Positions 12,901 to 23,891 of a stretch of DNA of 64,000 bases are shown here, one piece after another (position 1 is the stretch's first letter; the number at the start of each line of letters is the position of its first letter). Where the stretch lies: contig CP075496.1 of NCBI GenBank assembly GCA_021613535.1, positions 62,001 through 126,000 on the forward strand. The letters run 5' to 3'. Under the pieces are notes generated by a model that was not told the origin of the DNA, did not search any database, and saw nothing but the letters and a program-made list of their open reading frames with translations. This DNA comes from Adineta vaga. Lineage: Eukaryota > Animalia > Rotifera. The position numbers and the translations under genes are program-made.

Positions 12901-15076
12901 AAAAAGATTCGTAAATTGGTAAAATTAGTAAATAAATCAAGTATATTAACTTCATTTTTTCGTGATGAAATAAAACGAAGAGGTATTCACCTCGATGCAG
13001 CAATTAATCCAAATGATGATCAGGAAAAAAAGGTAAAAGTTCTTGATTTAACAAATGATTTTTACATTCGGTGGAATTCGACATTTGTTATGTTGGCTCG
13101 TGTATGGGCGGCAAGACAAATACTAAATGATATAACGTATTCACCTCAATTACATCTTGGTTTAACAGCTAAACAGGTTAGAAAATTACGTTCATTCCAA
13201 AACGATCATTTAGAATGGGAATTAATGAATTCATTAGCAAACGTTTTAGCACCATTTTATTTTGCTACAAAGGGTTTATGTGGTCGTCAATATCCAACTT
13301 TATCATTATCATATTGGATAACCAATAACTTATTTGTTCATTTAACAAATGATAATCCAAAGTGTCCTTTGGAAGGTGGTATAAAAAAGCTGTTACTCGA
13401 AAGATTCAATTATTATTTCAATATTAACGTAACAGAGGAACAACGATGTGCTAAATTAGTAAGTATAAATATATATATATACTCTCGTATATAGTTATTA
13501 ACTTGATTGAAAGAAATATGATAGATTATATGTTCATATTATTGGGAAGAGCTACTTTTTAAGAGAAATGCCTTTTTTTCATGAATATTCTACAATTTCA
13601 GGCGCACGAAGATGTAGAAATTTAAAAAAATGACTAGTATAGTTTAATTCGAATTCATCGAAAATGAAAGGTATTCTAATTTTCTTTTTTAATTTTCACA
13701 AATATAAAAATAAAGGCTTCAAACAAATTTCTAAAGATAATTATTATTTCTTTGTTGTAGCTTGCAGCATATCTCGATCCATTAACTCTTCAAGATTTGT
13801 CTGTTGAGGAGACCAATGAAGCTGAACTATTGATAATGCGTTCGGCGAAGAACACACTCATTGCAAAAAATACTACGTCATCAACAACTACTACTACGTC
13901 TTCATCACCACCATTATTTTCTTCTTCTTCATCGACCAATTCATCAAAACAATCAAAAATGTCAACACTTGATCGTTTCCGGATGTTATGTCGTCCTTCA
14001 TCATCTGATGCAGAACCTGCACTGACACCAAACACAAAAACAAGTCCACTAACTCTAAAACAAGAATTTAGTCTTCATGTTTCTGCAAGTGCATCAGCAA
14101 CAGACTTTCAAACGTATTGGAACGACAATAAAAGTCGTTTGCCAATCTTGTCATCGTACTCTCGACGCTACAATTGTGTTCCCACGACATCGGCCGCGTC
14201 AGAATCTGCCTTTTCAGTCGCAGGCTATATCGATCGGAAACAACGAGCATCATTATCCACAACAACGTTAAGATATCAAATGTTACTTAAATGACGACTC
14301 TAATCTAATGACCTATAAATTCGCTTTTTATGTTTGCTCTATTCATGAAAGTGAATTTTTTTTGTTGTTGCACAAGAAAGAAAAAGATTTTATTAATAAA
14401 CTAGCAATAGTCTAGACACTATATTTGGCAGAAAATATAACAATATTTTGTTTAATTTATAGCAAAAAAGTATAGAGGAACATAGTTAAAAGGAACAACG
14501 AAAAGAATTTTTCTCTGGCTATAGTTACTAATCATGGGAAAATGTAATATATCTATCCTTTATTCTTTATTCGACTAACCAAAGCAAAATAAAATCGTGC
14601 AGAACGTGCATTGGAAAGTTTTATACGATGTTGCAGATGAATGTGAATTATACTGAAAGAAAAATAAAATGTTCAGTAGAAAAAAGTTTCATTATTTTAT
14701 CATTTACTTGCCGAATAACTTCGCAAATACGATAATAATTACTTTTCCAAAATCTACCTACTTTATCTCATCTTCTTGGGACAAAAGATCTTTCTCTCAT
14801 ATAAAGTTTTTCTTGATGTTTAATACTATATTCTAATGCTTATTTTTCACTTTTTTTAAATAAAAAAATAATTAACTTTATTTTGCATATAAAGTTTACC
14901 TTTATCTTTATTTTATAAAGGAAAGATTTTCTTTATCTTTGTTTTATAAAGAATAAAGGTAATCTTTACTTTAAAAATAAAGAAAAAGAATATGGATTTT
15001 CTTTATTTCTTTATAAAATAAAGACAAAGTTAAAATTTACTTTATTTTATAAAGTAAAGATAAAGTAACACCCCTA
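9971..15076 (+). mobile_element. Full-length hAT (BED-type) transposon
   Basis: TIRs TCGGGGTGTTACTTTA / TAGGGGTGTTACTTTA(rc), perfect 8-bp TSD ACCCACAC (9963-9970, 15077-15084), ATAAAG/CTTTAT subterminal arrays. Confidence 0.95.
10986..14294 (+). CDS. BED-finger hAT transposase, 4 exons (10986-11435, 11619-12310, 12495-13458, 13761-14294), ~879 aa
   Basis: GT-AG introns join in frame. CSIC..HLGFKH, TTDIW, TTDNG, CDAH, RWNST, SESAFS; no stop seen. Confidence 0.9.
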
Positions 15077-15606
15077 ACCCACACAAACACCTATTAACTC
15101 ATTAAAATGAGTTCGTCATCTCTATCGAACTTTTGTAAAGGTTTTTTATGGGAATGTTTGCAACTCCAGAGATTTTTCCCAGCACAAATCCGATGATTTA
15201 CACTTTCTTCTATAGTGTGTGATATCTATCTAATCATAAAACTTTAAGTTGGAAATCGTTGATTAGTTTGTCCAGTTTACTGTTTTATATAAACGAAACA
15301 CTGGCATAAACAGTCGTAGGTTAAACTCAGTTTCTAGTAGGCAAACAGGCTTAGGTTTTTTCTAGTCTTCTGGCGACGAAATTATCGAGATCAACTGATG
15401 TCACAAGAAGAAACGTGCGAAATTATGCATCCGATACAATTTAGAGACTCCTAGAACGAGACTTCAAAGAAGAACGAATATTGATCTTCTAGAATATCAA
15501 AAAATACATCGCAGATGGAACCAGTATCGGTTACCATCTGGCCCAGGTGTGAGAATGGGTGTGAAACTGTGTGAAGAGAGAAGTTACATATGTCTACGCA
15601 CAGTAA

Positions 15607-15709
15607 CGGTTCCACAACGTTTGCACGCGTGACATTTGCGCGCCAACACTTGAGCGCATAGAGATTTTCGCGCTTGGCACTTAAGCGCACGACTTATACG
15701 CGCAAAATT
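15607..15709. mobile_element. Truncated DNA-transposon end
   Basis: Repeated GCGC-rich ~17-18 nt units (ttgcgcgc, ttgagcgc, ttaagcgc) ending abruptly at the telomeric cassette. Confidence 0.35.
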
Positions 15710-15811
15710 GAGGGTGAGAGTAAGTGCAGATATTATACGGATTATACGGCCACACCCACATCCGCACCCACACCCACATCCGCACCCACACCCACACCCA
15801 CTCACACCCTC
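15710..15811. repeat. Head-to-head telomeric-repeat cassette
   Basis: GAGGGTGAGAGT.., spacer, ~10 CACCCA-type units ending ACCCTC. Confidence 0.8.
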
Positions 15812-15895
15812 GTAAGTTCATAGCAAGTGAACACATGCATGAATAGTTATGTTGAAAACAAGTCTACAGTCTTTTTAAATATTTCTAATCTAGAT

Positions 15896-17092
15896 ATGGG
15901 CAATAATAGGTCCAAACAATCGAGAGTGGAATCTTACGGTCATTTTTTTCGACCTCAGTTCGAAGGATTGTCAGCAAAATCAAGTGCATTTTACAATGCA
16001 TGTAAAGAAGGTGATATTGCTCTTCTACGCCAACATCTCCCACTAATTTCACATGAGACGATACTTTGTCAAGTTGAATCAAATGGAGATATGGCACTGC
16101 ACGCTGCTGCTAGAGCTGGGCATGCATCTATTGTTGTATTGCTCTTGGCGAATGGTTTGTCACGTACAGAAATTAATAGGGAAGGAAAAACAGCGTATGA
16201 AACAGCGCCTAACGACGAAATTCGTCGTTTATTTCATCGGTCCGTTAGTGAACTTAGTGCAAGGTTTTATGATGAAAATGCCAATAAAACGTTGAGTATA
16301 CTTAATACGAATATAAATAATGAAGAAATTTTCAATAAACCGAAAGATGCAATACAATCACGATACATGAAACGATTTAATAAAATGCCGAAATTTTTTC
16401 GAAATACTATCAAAACGATGACAGAAACACGAAGTATTGAAGCACTTGAGCAGATTGTTGGAAATGTAGTCTTTATATCTAATAATACTACAGGTGATCA
16501 AATTTTATTGCAAAGAGTATTTGCTGATTATTTAAATACGAAAAATATTACAAATCTAATTCATCTTTACACATTAAATGACATTTATAGAGCAATTCGA
16601 CAAAATTCAGATCCATATACAACATTGGTTTATTTACATTTATCATCCATTCCTCAACGTGCATACCAAGGCATATGTTATCGCGGAATACAGATGTCAA
16701 AATTTGATGTTAGTCGATTTTATTACGCTATGAAATATAATTGTGTTATTGAAACACATAATTTTGCATCAACATCGAAACTCAAGAATGTATCATTACT
16801 ATATTCTGGATATGGTGAACCATATGACCATGATTTATATAGTATTTTATTTATATTTGAATTTTTGACTCAATGCAAAACAGCTATCGATTTGACACGT
16901 GTTTCAGAAAATTTACCGCCTATATCACAATATTCAGATGAAGAGGAAGTGCTTATTTTACCATACACATTATTCAAAGTATTGAATGTATCTGAAGCAA
17001 CCGAAAACGAACCTTTTTCGATTTATTTACAAAATATACCGGTGCCTGATCAATCCCTGATAAGCTTTTTGAAATTGAATCCAAAACTTTAA
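15896..17092 (+). CDS. Ankyrin-repeat mono-ADP-ribosyltransferase (R-S-E type)
   Basis: Ankyrin motif ALHAAARAGHASIVVLLL; ART motifs YRG, FASTS, DEEEVLILP; first plausible ATG gives MGNNRS. Confidence 0.85.
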   Translation: MGNNRSKQSRVESYGHFFRPQFEGLSAKSSAFYNACKEGDIALLRQHLPLISHETILCQVESNGDMALHAAARAGHASIVVLLLANGLSRTEINREGKTAYETAPNDEIRRLFHRSVSELSARFYDENANKTLSILNTNINNEEIFNKPKDAIQSRYMKRFNKMPKFFRNTIKTMTETRSIEALEQIVGNVVFISNNTTGDQILLQRVFADYLNTKNITNLIHLYTLNDIYRAIRQNSDPYTTLVYLHLSSIPQRAYQGICYRGIQMSKFDVSRFYYAMKYNCVIETHNFASTSKLKNVSLLYSGYGEPYDHDLYSILFIFEFLTQCKTAIDLTRVSENLPPISQYSDEEEVLILPYTLFKVLNVSEATENEPFSIYLQNIPVPDQSLISFLKLNPKL

Positions 17093-17122
17093 AGAAATAT
17101 ACAGATTCATGCAGTATTTAAC

Positions 17123-17186
17123 GGGTGGGTGTGGGTATGGGGAGTCGGCGTGCGTATTATCTTCATTTCACATTCATCCACACCCT
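17123..17186. repeat. Head-to-head telomeric-repeat cassette (degenerate)
   Basis: GGGTGGGTGTGGGTATGGG, spacer, CATCCACACCCT. Confidence 0.6.
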
Positions 17187-17348
17187 TCAATGATATCTTT
17201 TATCAGAAACGTATATGGTCAATAACTCAATCAGAATTTCTAATTTATTCGTGGGCATTGTCATTTTTTCTGCATGAGAAGAATATTGAAGAACAAGGAA
17301 CTTCTAATTTAAAGGAATTCTCATGAAAGTTCAATCGAATGTTTCTTC

Positions 17349-17676
17349 TTAGCAAGACATTGGTAATATTTGTGAAAGAGCTGTGACATAATAGGTTCCA
17401 TTTCCAATTGAAGGAATCAATGATGCACCATTTTCACTATTTTCATTCCAAGCATAAACAATAACTGTTTGAGCTTCAGTGATATTTCTATTTGCACAAG
17501 TTATTTGAATTGAACTTTTGCAAAATTTTTGTAATTCTTTGTTAGTTGGTTGGAGGAAATGTTCTGGAGCTTGATCAATCCATGGAACAGGATGTTCACA
17601 TCGTGGTCGAGAATCCCAACCAGTTGGAAGTGGTATAACAACTTTTGCACCACTTGCAATAGCAGAATTCCACCAT
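17349..17676 (-). pseudogene. Orphan last exon of a GH99-like/WbsX-type glycoside-hydrolase-fold protein
   Basis: PTGWDSRPR..PW and VIVYAWNENSENG.LIP after the acceptor TATTACAG; upstream exons absent. Confidence 0.55.
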
Positions 17677-17730
17677 CTGTAATAGACATATTCATTAATC
17701 AAAAAGCTAAACATAACGAAGATCAATCTT

Positions 17731-17792
17731 GAGGGTGTGGGTGAGGGTGTGGGTGAGGGTGTTGTCTTCCCTTCACCCACACCCACACCCTC
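17731..17792. repeat. Head-to-head telomeric-repeat cassette (best preserved)
   Basis: GAGGGTGTGGGTGAGGGTGTGGGTGAGGGTGT-tgtctt-CCCTTCACCCACACCCACACCCTC. Confidence 0.9.
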
Positions 17793-19050
17793 TCGACTTT
17801 GGATGTGTTGCTTGACTGCCAGTAGTACTCCTCCACTGTCTTTTCCTACTCGGTCATTCCTGAAGATGTTGTAACCCTTCAGAGCGAACTTTCGTTCACT
17901 CTTGAGGTTAGTTTCATTCACAGAAATAACGTCGTAGTTGGAGAATCGGGCTAGGAATTCGTCGCGACGTTTGTAGATTGAGGTGACGTTGACGTGACAC
18001 ATACTTATCATGTTAACTGTTGGTTTTTCGATCCTTGTGGTCTCCAGTCGTGGCATCGAGAGAGCTGTTGGGAGACAGGTTTCTCTTCGCCGCCTTCACT
18101 GGATCGTTCTGTTCTTGGAGTGCCGTGTTTCGATTTTTCTGTTGGTTCTTCAAGTGCTTGACCACTTCACATTCTTCAGAAGAGGAATTCGAGTCGCTGA
18201 CTTTTGGAACAACAGGCTTCGGCTTCTTTTTTGACTTTGGTGGCTTGGGTATGGTGGACGAGTTGGACGTGGTCGGTACTTTGGACAAAATCGGTGTGTT
18301 TGACGTGGTCGGTGTATTGGTCGAATTCCGTGAGTCGGATGTGGTCGGATTGGTGGCGTTGGTCGATTCGCTGGAAGTGGTAGAAATGGCTTTCTCCAGC
18401 TTTTCGATCTTCTGTTGCATGGACTGGAACAGTCAGTTTGTGGTTCCTTCGATAATCTTTTCCATCTTGCTGCTGAGCATGCTTATGATTTCTTCAAAGA
18501 AATCTTTCTGCAAGTTCTGTTGCTGCAGATGAAGTGGATTGCATAGAGAGGGGAATTCGGTTGCACTGTGGATAGCCGGTGCTCGTGGTGTGGGAGCTCT
18601 TGCAGTTGTATATTGGTTGACTAAGTTCTGCGCCTTTCTCTCCTGTTCCTTGTATTTGGGACATTCATCGACGTGGCTAGATGGTTGCCGTTGCAATTGC
18701 AGCATTTGATCGCGTCGTTGGCAGCAGAACATTGATCTATCCGATGATTTTCTCCGCAACCTGCGCATACCTGTTGGTATTTTGCAGTACTTTGCGACAT
18801 GGTTGTATTTCAAACACATGAAGCATTGTACTGGCTTCGTATTTTGGTTTGCAGCTTCGGCAGTAAAGTGCATCGAATCGACTTGTAATCCGGTGTGGAC
18901 GAACGTGTTGCGATTCGGAGCATCGGCGAGCGTCACCTTGACAGTTCTTGTCGGAGTGTTGCCGTCTCTGCTGGTCAGTCGCGTAACATTCGTCACGTCC
19001 AGTCCGATGTCTTTGAGGGCTTGCTGCTGGTTGATGTGTGAATCAGCAAC
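17793..19050 (-). mobile_element. Non-LTR retrotransposon fragment (gag-like ORF1 plus start of AP endonuclease)
   Basis: GC-richer island; knuckle QCFMCLKYNHVAKYC with a frameshift; APE motifs HVNV.S, DVISVNET, RNDR..GGVLLAVK; cut mid-domain. Confidence 0.85.
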
Positions 19051-19722
19051 TGCATTTACTCGGTATCATATTTTATATACGAACCAGTAAAAGAATGGGC
19101 TGGATACATGAATCAGCATATAAATTGACTCGACATTATATTATATATAAGAATCCGAACAATATATAACTGGATAGAACGAAAGAACGATACAGTAAAT
19201 AGATTGAATCGACTTCTTATTTTGTATAATACCTAGTTAAACGAAGTAGCTGAATAATATATTTGACTGCGATTTATCGATTTTTACATCGATTCGACTG
19301 ACACAAGAATAGTCTAGTCTCTCGATGTTACTATAATATGTACATGAGTTCCCTAATTCGACTTATAATATATATGGACATACAACAGTCATATATGACT
19401 TATAAAATAAATAGATATGAGCACTAGGAATATATTTAGATTTAGTTATAGATAGGACAGCTTGTGACATATTTTATGCTTTTTGGAGCGCTATTCAACG
19501 CTTTATGTGGTGACTTCATGCGCTCTACTAAAGAGAAGTGATAAACAGATATCTGCTGAAGAACGTGAGTAACTCAATTTTCGGGAGAAGACATGTATGA
19601 AAAATAGAACTCGTCAATGACTAGCATTCTTGGTCCACCTAAAGCTAGTTCGAATGAAATATCTTTTTTTTTTGACATCCTTGGTCGTCGATGGTAAAGA
19701 TTTCTTGATTGACTTTAAACTA

Positions 19723-20964
19723 TCGGGTTGTCAACTAATTTTTGTCGTTTCTCTCTAAAATTTTCTAAAAGATTCAAGAAAGTTCTAGAAGTTTCGATTC
19801 TACGGATGTATATATGGAGTGTGAATATCTTTCGAATGATAATGAAACTATCGATATGAACATTGATCGTAAATTGGAAATTAATCTTTCTCATAGAGAG
19901 ATTCGAGTGCTTTTACTTCATGAATTCCGTCTGGGTCGCAGAGCAACGGAAGCAACCAACAATATTTGCAGCACGATGGGTGAGGATGTACTCTCCATCC
20001 GTACGGCACAACGTTAGGTCAATCGTTTTTAAGAACGAGAATTTTGAACTCGACGATTTACCTCACTCCAGTAGAACAATGGAACTGGATGTGAATCTTT
20101 TAAAGCAGCTTATCGAAAAAGATCCTCGATTGACTTTACGGTGTTTAGGAGAGCAGCTTGGGTGTTCTGATACTGCGGTGAAAAAACATCTGAACGAATT
20201 AGACAAGACATGGAAATATGGAGTTTGGATACCCCACGAATTATCACCACATCACCTTCAACACAGAGTTGATACCTGTATGGATTTAATGACATCTCAT
20301 CGCAACTACCATTGGCTCTGAAATCTTATCACTGGTGATGAGAAGTGGGTGTTATATATCAGCTACACGCACAGGCGGCAGTGGTTAAGTGCTGGTCAAA
20401 AAGGCGTAGCAACATCTAAGACTGATTCACATCTCAAGAAGGTGATGCTGAGCGTTTGGGGGATGTCAATGGAATTGTTCGTTGGGAAATTCTTCCAAAT
20501 GGATGCACTATCACTGCTGATCTCTACTGTGAACAATAGGACCGAGTTGCCGAAAAAATCAAGGGAAAGCAGGATAGAATTTATTTTTTGCATGATAATG
20601 CTCGACCTCGTATTGTAAAATCGACCCGCGAAAAATTATTGCATGTCGGATGGGTTACCGTTCCTCATCCACCTTATTCTCCTGACTTGGCTCCAACAGA
20701 CTACCATTTGTTTCGTTCTCTTTCGAACCATTTACGTGAGAAAAAGTTCGACGATGAGAACGACATCAAAATGGAGCTCGTCAACTTCTTCGATCAAAAA
20801 TCTAAGGACTTCTATGAAAGTGGGATACTATCTCTGTCAGAACGTTGGCAACAGGTGATAGATAGTAGTGGTGAATATATATCTGAAAACTAGTTATACC
20901 TTTGGAGTGAAAAAATAAAATTAAAATTTTTGAAAAAAACGACAAAAATTAGTTGACAACCCAA
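19723..20964 (+). mobile_element. Mariner transposon, defective
   Basis: 28-bp TIRs T[C/T]GGGTTGTCAACTAATTTTTGTCGTTT, TA on both sides; WIPHEL, TGDEKW, HDNARP, YSPDLAPTDY with stops and frameshifts. Confidence 0.95.
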
Positions 20965-21794
20965 TAAATCTAAATCTAAATCTATTTGTATATAGGTGCG
21001 TATTAGCATTATGTTTGTGCGTTTATATTATAAGTTGAATTAGGTAGCTACTCGTCAAATAACGATTTTTTTCACTTCTCTGATAAGAATTTAATAAAAA
21101 TAATACATATGTAAAAGAAATTTTATATTTATTCACAAAAAAAAGAAAAAAAACTAATCATTATGCTTATTTTATTTGTAAATGTATATCATATACAGAT
21201 ATTTCATCCGTTTTATCTAAAAGTATATATAGATCAGAAACTATGGAAACAGCAGTGTAAACAAAGTTAATTGAAAAATTTTACAGTATTATCAGGAGTC
21301 AAGAAAAGAAAAATAAATTTTCTTTTTCTTCTAAGCATTTTAACTAATATTTTTTCTAAAATTTTAACGATTATGATAAATAATACTTTGAATGAATTCA
21401 TCTAAGTTACTAATTAAAATGTATCGTTATGTAATAATGATATCGATTTTTTTAGGTTAATATATCATTTACGTCATTGAATATTTCTAATAATTTTAGA
21501 ATAAAATTTTGTTATTTAAGAGAAACAAAAAGAAATTATTTTCTTTTTTAATATTATTATTGTATTAGTTCATTCTATAAATTTATTCTCAATGAAATAA
21601 AATGTAGACAGAGATAATATTTTAACTTTAAAAATGTTCAACATATTATATTTAATAAAAGAAAATGAACATTGTATAGAAAATAATTAAAATTTTTCTT
21701 TTTTTTTTCATAAAAGCTTAACGTTATGCTACAGGATTAATTTGATCTTTTAAGTATATAAATTTCATTATATACTTTATTATCTTTGTAGAAC

Positions 21795-22841
21795 ATGTCA
21801 ACTACATCATCATCATTAATTTCTTTATTATCAAATATATCTCAACAATTGATAATTTCTGTAGGAATATTTTTAATGATTATTGGAATTATTGGTGGAA
21901 TTCTAAATATAATTATATTTATGAGTCTTAAAACATTTCGAGAAAATTCTTGTTCATTTTATTTAATAATAATGTCATGTGTTAATATAGGTCAATTATT
22001 AATTGGTCAATTAACACGTACAATGATTAGTGGATTTTATATTGATTGGACAATTAATTCAATTTTTTTTTGTAAATTTCGTTGGTTTTTAATTAAAGGA
22101 TTTACATTAATATCATTTTCATGTATGTGTTTTGCAACAATTGATCAATATTTATCAACATCTTGTAATGATAGATATCGACAATGGAATCATATTAAAT
22201 TAGCTCATTATCTTTCATTAATTGCATTTATTTCTGCTATTATTCATGGAATTCCATCAACTATTTTTTATAATCATGTTATGTCATTGAGTACAAATAA
22301 AACAACTTGTATTATTACTAATATTATTTATCAAAAATATCGAACTTATGTTTATTTTACATTTATAGCTGGAGTTTTACCAGTTTTTATTAGTGTTTTA
22401 TTTGGATCATTATCATATAGAAATATTCAACAATTATCATACAGAAGAGTTCCAATAATTCGACGTGAATTAGATAAACAATTAACACGAATGGTACTTG
22501 TACAAGATGTTTATATATTTATTGCTATTGTTCCATATACAATTGTGACAATAATTCCAACTATTATTAATTTTCAAAATAATCCATTAAGTAGTGCACA
22601 ATTACAACTTGCAGAATCATTAACTGCAGCTATTTATTACACATATTTTGCAGTAAGTTTCATTTATTTATTTAAATATTAATTATTTTATATTTAGTTT
22701 CCATTTTATATTTATATAATTGTATCAAAAAGATTTCGTCAACAATTAATTTATGTACTTTATCGAATTTATAATAATTTTGGTAGACAATTACCAATAA
22801 TTAATAATCAAATCATGCCAGAAACTGCTAATATTAATTAA
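21795..22841 (+). CDS. Rhodopsin-class GPCR, 2 exons (intron 22653-22697)
   Basis: Seven hydrophobic segments, FFCKFR, ATIDQY; the spliced exon gives FPFYIY..SKRFR. Confidence 0.88.
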
Positions 22842-23210
22842 ATATACAATACAAAAAGAATGAGTAGATATTGTTTTGTCCTTTTATCGAATATTCAAAT
22901 TTAATTTTTGGCCTAAAGAAATTATTAATCGTATTCGAGGACGACCAAATGATACGAGAATAATTCAACAATTTGTCGCCAAGAAAATTAATTATTTCAA
23001 ATCAAAATATTCTGAATTTGAAGCCATAATCATTGATTTACAGCTTAAGTATAGTAGTTATTGGTCATCAATTTTGACGCATCGTCAAGAAGACCAATCA
23101 CAGTCCTGTATTACTGATCGAACTAATACAGATACTTTAGCACGTAATAGATATGATTTCATAAATATGGAAAAAAGAAATATCGGATTATATTCATAAA
23201 CATATACAAT

Positions 23211-23891
23211 ATGTTACAAAAAAATTGTCAAGCACGTTATGCAATTGCTTGTGCAGAAAAAGAAGAATATCAAGCTCTTCAAGCATTTAAAACAATTGTT
23301 GAAAAGAAACCAATATGGAATTTTCATTTATTATTAAAACCAAAAATAAAGAAATGGTCAGATAAATTAAAGAATTTCCATATTGCACAAAAACGTATTG
23401 AATACAATTTACCTCCAAAATTTATTACGAAAAATGATTTCTCATTTAAATTTGATACTACATCTTTTGAACGAGATGAAATTCAACCAAATTATAATGA
23501 AATGAGACAATTAACTGATACATTTCAAAAGAATAGCATGAAATACTATTTTGAAATCGTTTCTCGTGAAGCAAATAATGATAAAAGTCAAATCGATATT
23601 ATTATGGAAAATTGTCGACCGAGACTAACATTATTAAATCAACATATTATTAGTAGTGACGAAAGTAATAGTTCTCAAACTCGACAAGAAAATGATGATA
23701 TTTTAAATCATGATATAAAATGTTATGAAGCATTTGAGAATTATTATAAATTAATAGAAAAACGAATTACATTACAAGCTGAACAAGCTTGTTATTTTTT
23801 AGAAGAGGAACAAATCGAGGACAAAATCGACAAAGAAATTGTCCCGAATCAACTTCCTCCTCCTCCTACTACTGCAACAACGGACTTTTAA
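23211..23891 (+). CDS. Athena ORF1 (coiled-coil-like), 3' part
   Basis: Charged helical ORF overlapping the RT ORF; upstream part 22876-23199 is in another frame. Confidence 0.6.
   Translation: MLQKNCQARYAIACAEKEEYQALQAFKTIVEKKPIWNFHLLLKPKIKKWSDKLKNFHIAQKRIEYNLPPKFITKNDFSFKFDTTSFERDEIQPNYNEMRQLTDTFQKNSMKYYFEIVSREANNDKSQIDIIMENCRPRLTLLNQHIISSDESNSSQTRQENDDILNHDIKCYEAFENYYKLIEKRITLQAEQACYFLEEEQIEDKIDKEIVPNQLPPPPTTATTDF

Noticed and set aside
15584-15805. ORF with GCGCGC.. peptide (metallothionein-like); similar VWVW/HTHT/GVGV ORFs at 1173, 33585 and 62564
   Set aside because: These are translations of telomeric hexamers
18020-18532. 170-aa plus-strand ORF
   Set aside because: Antisense shadow of the GC-rich LINE ORF1
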